Source of the DNA: Raillietiella orientalis
Taxonomy: Eukaryota
Length of the DNA: 64,000 nucleotides
NCBI GenBank assembly: GCA_036172245.1
Contig: JAYWIR010000049.1
Coordinates: forward strand, 1,116,001 to 1,180,000
Reading direction: 5' to 3'
Made by a program: the position numbers and the translations under genes. The notes below the pieces were generated by a model. That model was not told the DNA's origin, did no database searches, and saw nothing but the letters and a program-made list of their open reading frames with translations. Shown one piece after another: positions 41,612 through 53,209 of the stretch (the first letter of the stretch is position 1; each line of letters begins with the position of its first letter).

Positions 41612-43421
41612 ATATATAAAGGTGTTTTTTCACCATACTATCATTGTAAAGCATGCATTGATATCACAGTTTTACACTATACTAATAGAAATGAAACTAG
41701 TATTTTGGTTATATGACTTTGAATGTGAAGTTGCATGTTGAAATACAAATTTTGTTTGATTTCATTGAAGCATCATTGTTTCATATGTATATTTTCTTGT
41801 TTAATGTTTGTGATTATTCCTATGTTTTTATTATAAAGGGACCAATAATGTCTTTGTCACCATTAGTCTGGGGAAGGAAAAATTTCGAACTTCTGTTCGA
41901 TCTAAAACTCTTGAACCAGAATGGAATGAAGAAGCAGAGCTGTTAGTGAGTTATTGAATGTCTTTCTATTATTCATTCCATTTAGCCCTATTCCCAAACA
42001 TGGAAATACTGCAAAGTTAGTTCTTTCTGCATATCATGAAGTGTTTCATGGTGTCAAGGATGATTTTCTTGGAGAAGTGGTGATCTCCCTTTTTGATTTG
42101 GATCTCCGAGATTGGCCTGTTGGCAGGTACATACCGCATTATATGCAAAAAAAATAAAAAGCAGATGGTTGCAATTACGTGGTCATGGAGGCATTGATGA
42201 TGGCAAAGAAAGAGGAGAATTGGAAGTACATATTTCTTTCACATCTCAAGTCCTGACAGATGTACAGTCCAATGCAATTAGAAATAAAAGTAATTCATTA
42301 CAACACATATCAAATGCAGCACATGCATTAGGTGAGAAAGAAGGAAATGAAATTTTTTTTAGTTGATTTAATTAGGAGGGAGCCTTCTGAGCCTGCACAG
42401 GAAGAACATGGGAATGCAAAATGCTCTAAGTATGTTTCTTTATGTCAAATATCAGATTAGCTAGCATTCCTCAGAACACAAAACTAAATTCCATATTTCA
42501 AGAACATTTGGGTCAAATCTCCACTCTTCTCAATCAGAATGTGTAGATGAAGATGCAGTTTCTGAAGATAGTTCGGTAATTTGCTTTAGCAACACACAGT
42601 TTTTCTGAAATCATAACACAGAATGATCCATCACATAGTCGAACTTCTTCAACATCTGGCTCAACTTTTCAACATGATGGTTCCTATGAAGGTTTACATC
42701 TGGATTTCATAGGAACAAAGAATGATGACACACAAAGAGAAAATAAAGGGAAAAAACTCTTGAAGCAATCAGGAACCCAGTTATGTGAGAGCAACATTTC
42801 TAGAGGATTTCAGTCTAGTTACCAACTTAATAACTGTGAGAAATTCATTTAATTAATATCTAAATATTAATGTTAGAATCTTCATATGTGCCATGTACAG
42901 ATAAAGATTTGATGTGAATTTTCTTTTAGCATTCGATAGATTAACTCCCATATCGAATACACCAAAAGGAAAACAAAACTGTAGTCGAGGCGTAGAAAAA
43001 TGGCAAGAATTGGATTCTGTCAGTCATGAGGTAAAATATTATAATATAGTGCCCAATCTGATACACCAGATTTCCCTCTTTTCTATCTCTTGAGATCTCC
43101 AGGCAGTGTTGCCTTGATTTTTGTTTTTAATTGTTTTCAGTAGGTGGGATGTGTGACATAATTACTTTGGGTTTTAGGTTCTATAAATATTTTCATTGTT
43201 ATTGTAAATTGTACTTTGTATCAATGGTAATTAAAGCAACTATCTCTTTTCCATAGCGACTTATAAAGAAACTCTTGCAGCAAGACAAACTTATATCAGA
43301 ACAGGCTGAAATCATTGAAGATTTGCAATGTTATATTGACACCTTATTAGTACGCATCATGGAAAGTAATCCTTGCATTTTACAGGTTCCTTATAAGAAG
43401 TCCCAAAGTGCCAAATATTAA
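40825..43421 (+). CDS. Rip11: Class I Rab11 family-interacting protein (N-terminal C2, C-terminal Rab-binding domain), 10 exons, ~371 aa
   Basis: Exons 40825-40855, 41396-41434, 41839-41941, 41986-42126, 42165-42331, 42376-42429, 42475-42575, 42622-42835, 42930-43030, 43257-43421. C2: RARGLRIKGKNGTNNVFVTISLGKEKFRTSV..PEWNEEAEL..DDFLG..KERGELEV. RBD: EDLQCYIDTLLVRIMESNPCIL. Middle exons are inferred from phase only. Confidence 0.92.
41574..41617. repeat. (TA)n/(TATG) microsatellite
   Basis: Direct reading; lies in Rab11-FIP intron 2. Confidence 0.9.
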
Positions 43422-45640
43422 TATACAAAGCATTATTTTAATAACTGATATAGTTTTAATCAAAATATAATGAGATTTGCTAAAAGATAAAGCTTTATCC
43501 AATTATTTGTTCTTTTTTTGCGTATAGATAATATCTACCAATCATTACTTTGTTTGATATCTATCTATCATTATTTATTATTACTTTGTTTGATGTTCAA
43601 GGATACTTTTATATGCCACTCCTGCAGTGCAATAGTTACATATACATCAGTATATTAGATTTGTGGGTTTTTTAACCCAAACATGAGACAAGGAATATTG
43701 TAAAGAAAAATTCATTTGTCATAGAAAAGAGCAAAAAAAAAAACAAACAATATTGCCTGCCTAAACGTAAATTGTATCTGACATGCAATTCCTATTGACT
43801 GCTAATTTTTTTGCTAATACAGTGTAAGAGTGCATTAGGACCGAATTTGCTAGCTTGATTTCCGAATCGCGGTTCAGTAATCTGCAAAAGACCCTCACTT
43901 GATTCATGCGATACCATTATATCAAATAACCGAGCTTTGTTTTTTTATGTTGTGATAGACTAGTCATGAAACGTTTAAATGGTATTGCTGGAGTAGTCTA
44001 TTCCCAATTCAAGATGCGATTCATTCGAATCTTCAACATAACAAAAAGTACTTTCAGCAAGCAATTCTGCATCCTATTCATGGTCAGTTGTGATGGAATT
44101 TAACCATACCAAAAAGAATGAAGTAGTAACTTGATAGGAAAACAAAGAGATCTGTAAAGAGACGCATTTATCAACTGCAAATCATGAGAAGTAAACCGTG
44201 CAATTTCTTAGATACTTTAAAGAATTTAAGATCTTACTAACTTCGAAAATGTGAAGCAGGTTTCATTCCCCTGTATAGATCCGCTTATGCTCACACGCCA
44301 GATACAGGCGTCGGAACACTTCCGAAGCTGGAACGGCAGACGATATCATCTCACCCACGTGTTTGCGTAGAAACGTGCGTCAATAGTGGGAAATCGGGTA
44401 CAGAGCAGGTTCCTCCCAGGACTTGCACTCAAAGTTGCGAAATGCTAGTGTTGAACGCAAAAGAGATTTGGGAAAAATTGGTACATATCGTTCAGCATAG
44501 AAAATCGTGCTTTCGCCCTTTGAAGCGTGGTTTTCCTTGGCTCGGCATTTTGCACGTGTCGCTGCGGATCTTACTTAAAAGGGAAACAGTATGTAAGGGA
44601 TCCGCATAAGGAACATTTCAATCCAAATAGTATTGGGGGACTTTGAAGCAGGCGTGGATAATCAACAAATATGCAGGTACAAGAGCTCTAGCAAAAAAAG
44701 GAAAAAAAGCGTCAAACTAGTACAGAATTCTTGTACGTTTAATCCATTGCTAATTTTGTCTGAAAAAATCACAGCAAGATATCACATGTAGCATGTCATG
44801 ATTTGCTCTCCTATAAATTTGATCCCTATTTGATGGGGTGCTATATACTTGACAGTACTATCATTAAATGCATGTCCAATGTGCTGTTGAGCAATTTGCA
44901 GCTTGTCTGCATCATGGAATGTCAAGCAAATGCCTCCAAAGACCTTGAAAACTTTGGACAAGGGAGAGATTCATAAACATGTAATATGCAAGCTTAAGGT
45001 GATTTTGTATGCTTAAGAGAACATATAGAATGCCATAAGTATGGGCACACATCAAAGCAAAGTATCCTGCGTGTACCCTGTTGTCAGCACCCATAATTAT
45101 CTGCTTTCAGTGCATGACACTGCAGCAAAATATTACAACAGAAACTGCGTTTGAATGCAATTCTCACTGATACACCATGGTTTTAACTTTTGGGGTAACA
45201 CCAGAATTCAAGTGTATGTAACATTTAGGTAAGCTTTGGCAAGTCAGCTGTGGTTTCCCAGGATTGTAAACATATTAGCACAAGTAATAAATTTTTCAAG
45301 ATCATGGGAATGTTTTTTAGGTCTGTATTATTAATTATAAATCAACCTAAATTCAAAGAATATTAAAATAAATTCAAAAGACATATCAGTCATCAGCAAC
45401 TCATTTACTTGGTGAATGTTCAATGAGTTAATTATATTAAGGATGCACATTTCTTAATAAATGAACTCTAGGGTAATCAGACATCAATTTTAAAGGCTCT
45501 GGTTGAACAAATGGCCACCATATTTGTAGGTAGCAACACACAAACCCACTGAATGATTATAAAAAAATTAGAAACAAAAAAAAAACCCCATTAAAAGAGT
45601 TAGCCAAAATAAAATAGACATCATTTTTGAAAAATGGTTA

Positions 45641-47646
45641 CTATAATTCCATATTTTCACTGGTGTTTCTTCTTTCGAAATATTTAATGAAATTTTTAGT
45701 TTTCTTGAACTTTTGTATCTTCTGTCTTATCTGCTTCACAGAAAGCTGTGCTTGATTATTTGGATCACGAAATATTGCCTTATACAAGTTATGAACTTAA
45801 ATTGTAAACAAAATAAAGTACTTACTTCATAGTTTTCACCATGTTTATCTAGCATGGACTCAATCCATTTTGTTTGTTCAACAGAAAAACGTAATGGTAA
45901 TGGTTCACCTGTTCGGACCTTTATTTGCTCTTCAAATTTCTTTATAACAGCTGATTGTGCTAGTCCAAAAGATTCACTAAGTGCTTTAGTCTCCATATTG
46001 CTGTATCTATCCTTAATACAAAGTTATTATGCATTTAAATATAACTTTGAAACTTACTTTGAAAGATGGTATTGCTAGTATTTTATTTGAATCAAGTGCC
46101 AAACCTGCTGAAAGCATATTACTAGTTAAGGTCTTACGTTTATCCCATGTAGTCTTCAATGCTGTGCTAGCAAACAAAAAAATGCATTAGCAATTTCTGA
46201 AACTTAATTATGCATCATTTATGCATTTCTACCTTTTAATAAGCAATGTACATGTACTTAATTTGTTTTAGATGATAACTGACAAACATACTCAACTGAT
46301 ATTGAAAACAATTTACTGAAAGATTTTTAAAATGTGCCAAAAGTATGCTGATACACAGAAAGTGAATACAAAGGACTGAAACTTCTCTGGATTGATTCTT
46401 CATTCAATTCCCCACCAACATAACAGCAATTTCACTATCACAATGCTGATCAAGTTCAGTGTTAAATTGTGAGCATTTTCATCAGCATTATGTTTGCATT
46501 ATCAAGAAAACAATGAAAACATTTTAAGAAATCAATATAATACTGCAAATCTAAACTTGAATTTTCACATTAATAAAGTAAAAAAACTTGAATTTGCTCA
46601 TAAAGAATCCTAGAATTCATGTATGATGTGTAAATTTTATTGTAAAAGATTCAAAGGACTTTCATGAATGCTTATTGTCCTCATGCATTTTACTTAGAAA
46701 CATGCTTAAACATATGAATGAAAAAAACACACACACACCTTCTTTCATAAGAAATCCTTTCCAACATCACTGTAATTGCTAGAGTTTAGCATGCAAAAGA
46801 AAACCCTCAAATGGTATCCTAACACAGAGTATTCACTTTTCCTTAAACATTAGTCGAGTATGTTTCTGAATACAGTCTTGGTACAACTACCATTCTACAT
46901 TTTATTTCTCATCCCATACTGTGCCACTTTCTTTTAGCATTTCTAGCATATCAGAACCTAATATAAGAAAGTGAAACTTCTGTGTTTGAGTTTCTAAACA
47001 TGGTAATGTGTTTCCCTTTCAGAAGAAAAAAAATCTAATTTCTGATGGACTGCTATTCATTTCTCAGTTTACACATACATGTTGTATTCATCTCCACGAA
47101 TACACTCGTCTCTAGCAAACGTCCGATGTAAAGTATAATCATATAATGATTTTGCATTCAATCTGAGATCTCTGTTAAATACATGTGATATGATTATGCC
47201 TTAGTTTTAATAAAAAAAAAAAAACAATACTGACCCTATATTTCAAAATTTTACTGAATTTGTAGAAACATGAAATCGTCCAAGTTTCGCTAAAGAGCGC
47301 GCATATATTCGTTTACAGAGGGCAATTACTGAGTAATTTAAAAAATGATACGATGGATCTTTTCCATTAAGAAATGGTAAAAACTGGGGAAAGAGGGGGC
47401 TAATAACTCACTGAGCTTAGGTTTCATTATTAAAGTAACGATATTATGCAGCACTTGCCATTTATACAATCAGAACTGACGTTGCAAGATTTGCAAATTA
47501 TAAAAACTTATTCATAATTGCTATTAAGAAAGTAAATACCAATCAATTTCTGGAACTTTAGTTTGCTTTTTGTGAAGCTTTCTCCTATTTACATGGTACA
47601 GAAAGACTTTTCTTTTTCTTCTCTTTGATCCTGCTGGCTTACCCAT
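45641..47646 (-). CDS. NOP16: Nucleolar protein 16, 4 exons, ~179 aa
   Basis: Exons 47646-47540, 46166-46058, 46011-45826, 45778-45641. MGKPAGSKRRKRKVFLYHVNRRKL...WDKRKTLTSNMLSAGLALDSN...MLDKHGENYEAIFRDPNN..Q.SVKQIRQKI matches the Nop16 family pattern. Confidence 0.9.
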
Positions 47647-50600
47647 AGTTTTAGCATCTCCTTTTGATATGCTTCATCAACTAAAAAATGAGCTTTTTCA
47701 CACGCAAACTTCCTATATTAAACCATGTACATTATCCTAATGTTTCGTGAATACGAATGCAAACATTGATGGTACCACAAAACCTCGCTTAGGGAGCACC
47801 CAAAAGCGCAGCCCGTGGACGGCATTCCTGCCAACCACACCGAGAAGAAAGTGTTCTCCACAACTTCATCATTCAGAAGTCCTATTTTTTCCGAACGATT
47901 ACTTTTTGTTGGATGGACCATTTTTTATGCATCCATTAAGTCACTTTGTTAATCACACATGGGCGTGTACACAAAGGAAACCTACACAAAAAAGCTTCAC
48001 ATAAACCATAATCATAATTCCCAAATGGGTGTTTTTTCCGATATGAAAAGTTTCCTTCAACAGACTTTTCATTGTTTTTCAAAGATCTCGAACTGAAAGG
48101 AATCCAATTAAAATCATAAATCTTTTCTACTGCAAGAGCCCTATTCTCGTGGCTATTTATGCTTTCAGAATACTCTGTCGAAACTTTCTCTGAAAAAAAA
48201 AAAAAAAAAAGAAGAAAATGGAAAACTATTTTAGATTGCTCATTGCACAAATCTGTAAAACTTAAATTATTATGTGATTTCCATTATGGCATTTATGTTA
48301 TTGCATGAGTATTTGATGAATCGCAACACAATCAGTTTTTCATGTCTCAAATAATGATAGTAATATATTGAGTAATCCATTCTTTTATGAAACCAAGCAA
48401 CCCTCAAATGCTGAAGCATAAGCAGGCTAATAAATATAGATTAGCATGGAATTTGCAAAAATTTGAATGCATCGACAGTACCATTTTTCTATGGTACAAA
48501 TATAGAAAGAGAAACGGGACTAGAGAGAAAACAGGACTAAAAATTAAGTTGGAATTTAATTTGTATTTTCAAAGTGTGCCATTAGATACGAATCCATGTT
48601 ATTGGCTCATGTTTTAGGAATTAGGATTCATTTAGAAAGAACATATTCGGGGATATTATTATTTTTAAAATATAGCTATTAACAAAAATTGCCAACAATC
48701 CAAAAGCAATCATTCACACTGCAAAAATGAGAAATCCAGTAGCAAAATTAACAGCATTCTTAGAGAAAACATGTATAAAAAGAAAGGTGGATATTTAAAG
48801 ATAAAAACAAAGTGCACGATAAGCAAAATATAAGAATATCAATAGAAAAAAAGCATCGCTATAAACTTCAGACTTAAAAAACAACATGAAATCAGAGCAT
48901 AGTTAAGAAGCAAAGACTCTTCCCGATTAATAATACAGTTAAGAAACTTTTAAGAAAAACGTCAAGAATTTTTCATTTATTTAGATTCATTTTCATTATT
49001 TGTTCAAGAATAGAATTCGCATAATGGAAAGTTAAACCAGTAACTTCTTCATGTTCAGGACTGAAGCTATCTTGGCTGAACTTTGATAAGGAAAGCAATT
49101 CCAATATAGAGTTGAGATACTGAGATTTATGTGTCTGTTCTCAAGAAATGCACAACAGCTGTTTAATGCAGTCATGTATTTATGAAGATGTTAACTTATT
49201 CGACTATTAACATTTAAATGGACTTAGATTAACAGATTGATATTAGTTTTACTGTATGATCATTTTTTTGTGACTTCTTTTTATTAACTAGAACGTGAAC
49301 TGGAACTGCTTTATCTTTCAATTATATCACAGTAACGTTTAAATCAATAAATTTCCCTTCTATTAAGATCATACCATAACATTTTGTCCAAACTTTTCGT
49401 TTTTTTTTTGCGAGTGGTGTATCAAAATGTCGTACACTGAATAAAGAGGAAGAAAATAATGCCCTTTAGGTCGTGTTTTCATATGTTATGTGCCTTAGAC
49501 AAAAGAAGTAGCGTTGGTATGGCCGAATAAAATGATTTTGTGGAATTTACACGGTTTTCGTTTTTAAAAAAAAATGTAGAAAATCTTGGAAAAATATACA
49601 TGAAAAAGTCTGAAATTGAAAACGGAAAAAAGAGAAAGAGAACATAGTGGGGCTAAAGCAAAGAAACAACACTCTGTAAATAATAATTTTGTTCTTCCTC
49701 GGGAACTCTTAGTGGCATATTTATGGAATTTCGAAGATTTTTAAAAAAGACCATTGAAGTTTGATTTCTTCGAAATGCTCCAAACATTATGTTCACTTTC
49801 ACGAACATTCTAAGAGGAGAAAAGTTTCATTTTATTTTGTAAAGTTACTTTTGCAAATTCTTGCAGCGATTGATGAACAAAAGAGGCATGTGAGAGGTGC
49901 AATTCAACAATCTTTATTTGTCAGTTCGTCGTGGAAAATACAAATAGGAATTTTTGTCATCAAAATGTATCCTGCATACGTTTGCACCAGGGATGTGTAG
50001 AATCAAGAGCTGTAGAATGAGATAATGCACTGATTAAATGATCTTCAAAACATACCATTTGTTAATATTTTTGTTCTGATTTAAGAATTTTTCGACCTTA
50101 ATTATAATTCGTGATTTTGCGGTAAAAATGTTGGATTTTCAAAAAATAAAAAATAAAAATTTCCTGAAAAGTTTGCAAGACTATTTAACATTAATAATTT
50201 TTCATTACTGGAAGGATTTCGAAATTACTATGCTCAGATAAAGTTTTTTTTGAAAATTCGTTACTGAAGGAAAGCATTAGGAAATTAAACAGAAATATTT
50301 TCACATCCACGTGCAAGGTGCTGGCGACAGTTATGTAGAAGTCCGCGCATTTAGCAGGTGGGAAAGTATCCGGAACTGTTCCTCGACTTGTTCTTTGAGT
50401 ATTATTTGGAATATAATAATAACTATGTATGTGGTATACGTCTTGTTTTATGGACATTCTTTGTGTCGGGTCGATGTGAGGAAATTCTCAACAAAACCGG
50501 TGAATTGTAGTTGTGAATACTGAAAGTTCCTATACTGAAAACGTAATCGTAGGAAAAGAACCTCGTGCATTATAGATATCGTAGACTATAAATTTAATTT

Positions 50601-50712
50601 CTTCTATTCGTTTTATTTGTTTATAACATATGTCATTCCTTTATCATAGTTCTAAATAGATTTTGGGAATAAATAATGGAGGGAAATTAAACGGGGCATT
50701 TCAGATACTACA

Positions 50713-51980
50713 ATGAGGAGGAAAAAGTGTTCGAATGCCAAAGGGAATGGCGAACCCAAGCAGGTTCCCAAAACCATAGAGAACACGAGAGAATTTGATA
50801 TTTCCACAGTGAATAATGCCGACGATGAAATCAAATTTGAAGTGGAAGTTGACAAATCAGATTTTGTTGGAGATAAGGCAAAAACTCTCATCACAAGCTC
50901 AGTAAACCCAAATACGGTACGACCCTGTTTCTCTCCAAAACTTCATTACATGTTTTATTTAGAAAACTAAGATTTTAATGAAAGAATTGCAACGCATTTT
51001 ACCAAAATCAAAAATAATTTCTAGAAGAAAGGGCTCAATCAAGCGATTAATTGATGTTGCAAAAAATGAGTTTAGTAACATCTGTGTGATTAATGAAGAC
51101 CAGAGGAGACCAGGTGAGTTGTTTGAGTTTTGGCTTTAATATATGCATGCATCAGTTGCTGTGCCCTTAAAATATTCAGATTCTCGATCTGTAGCCACAA
51201 AGTTGCATTTTGATCAATGTTATTGGCCTTTAAGATAAGTCTGGCCATTTTTTCAAGCAAATACATTATGTTTTTACATTATATTTTACGTTATTGTGAT
51301 ATAAATCGTAGTTTTAGTAGATCCTTATGCCATTTTTTTGGTGTGTACATGTACATACATGCTTTACAAATATATACAGACATATACAGGTCTTTTTGCA
51401 AAGCAGCGCATCTTGTATGTTTGTTGAAATTATTTTAGATGGTTTGTTATTAATTCACCTTCCTGATGGACCAACTGCATACTTCAAATTGAGCAATTTT
51501 CGTAGCTGTAAGGATATCAAAGTAATCACTAAGTTCAAGTTTTAATTAAATATATTTAAATATGTGTATTTTTTTTTTTTTTAACAGAAGAACTTTCGGA
51601 ACATTAATTCTTATAGTCCAGAAGCAGTTATTACTAATTTCACCACATTACTGGGAAATCGTATAGCACAGTTATTGGGATCATTATTTGACACCCATCC
51701 TGAATTTCAAGGAAAAAGGATTGTCACAATTCATAATCAGAGAGATTACATTTTTGTCCGGCATCATTGGTATAGAATACATCAGAAAAACCTGTTAATA
51801 CCACATTTTAGCTACAACTTCCAAAGTGGAGATAAGGTGTCTCTGAAAGAACTTGGTCCACGTTTTACACTCAAACTTCAGTATCTACAAAAGGGGACAT
51901 TTGATAGCAAATATGCTGATTATGAATGGATCCTCCAGCGTCACAGCATGCAGTCTTCCAGGAGAAAGTTTTTGTTATGA
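50713..51980 (+). CDS. RPF1: Ribosome production factor 1 (Brix domain), at least 5 exons, ~262 aa from the first in-frame ATG
   Basis: Exons 50713-50916, 50963-51113, 51439-51521, 51588-51769, 51812-51980. Motifs: PKQVPKTIENTRE, VINED, HLPDGPTAYFKLS, NFTTLLG, HNQRDYIF, ELGPRFTLKL..LQKGTFDSKY.DYEW..SRRKF. Start codon uncertain. Confidence 0.93.
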
Positions 51981-52047
51981 GTATCAATTACTTGCATGCA
52001 CCTTGAGGAAGCACTCTGTTTTGATGATTTATCTCCAAATGTGCATA

Positions 52048-52092
52048 GTATATGTGTGTGTATATATATATGTATACATATATATATATATA
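52048..52092. repeat. (TG)n(TA)n microsatellite downstream of the RPF1 stop
   Basis: Direct reading. An AATAAA follows at 52303-52308. Confidence 0.85.
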
Positions 52093-53209
52093 GCCATACT
52101 GATACTGATAACAGTAAAAATTAATCAATCACAGCTGATGCCCCATAGGAGGAAAATCATTATAATCGTCAAGATTGAATTTGCTGGAAGAAGGTGGATC
52201 TCCAATTCCCATTGTTTCATTCCTCTGTTCACTGTCTAAAAGAAATGCCTATTAAAATTCTTTGCAAACATGAATTTACAATTTACAAAATGCTCCAGTT
52301 TTAATAAAGCATTTAGAAATCTACTGAACTAATGTTTCTTTTACGATTTTCGGATAGTTTTAACACCAGTTAAGTAAGCATTGGGCTTTCCAACAAAACA
52401 TCATTTTTTTGTTCAAAAAAATTGTTAAATCTCAGTTGCAATGCAAGTTGCTACCCATTGGAAAGGCGACAAAATTAATGTAGGGCTCGAAAATAAAGGA
52501 CATTTGCTTAACCAAGAGAATAAAAGACGTTTGACAAAATCTATCCTGCTACAAAATTAAAGTGCTCTTCAAAAACCTTTGTACTTCAGGCCAGGACCCA
52601 AACAAATTTCAAATGAGGAACTGGTATTACAAAACATATTATAAGTATATTACAAACTTGTACATAGGTTTTATAGACAGCTCTCAATCCACTAATGTCA
52701 TGACTATTCTCTACAATAATGCTCATATTTCTATAAGAAAAAGCTGCTGGTTTTTGTGCACTACATGCTGATGCTCTGGAAAAATGGCAACATGCTATAT
52801 GGTGAAATGGCTTATTTCCATAGAAAATGTGTCAAAAAAAAAAAAAATTAAACAAAAGGTACTTTCATAGCTATTATTGTTGCACTTCTCTGGTAATAAA
52901 CACCTTGAATGCCATGAAAGTGAGTATACAGACTATACTAACGAAGTGATCTTTGCAAATCTTTTGCATGTGAACTAAATACTGAATGAAACCAAGCAGT
53001 GAGAGGAAAACAATAATGAAACCAAGCACGTTATCGACAATGCAATCCATATCTCTTTGAACTCTCATCAAACTTTTTATAACATTATGTTCAATTTGAG
53101 TTTTTCTTTTTTTTTCTTGTTATCCAGTGCTTTCAACTATTTTTTGCAGCTCAAATATCATGCAAATTTGATGATGAATAAAAAAAATACAAAATCTAAA
53201 TAACAAATG

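Noticed and set aside
44270..44650. 7SK RNA (paired GATC motifs)
   Set aside because: Internal T4-T5 runs would terminate Pol III, and other 7SK elements are not evident.
46167..47539. Intronic box C/D snoRNA in NOP16 (WIPI2 introns also scanned)
   Set aside because: TGATGA motifs are present but without a suitably spaced CTGA and terminal stem.
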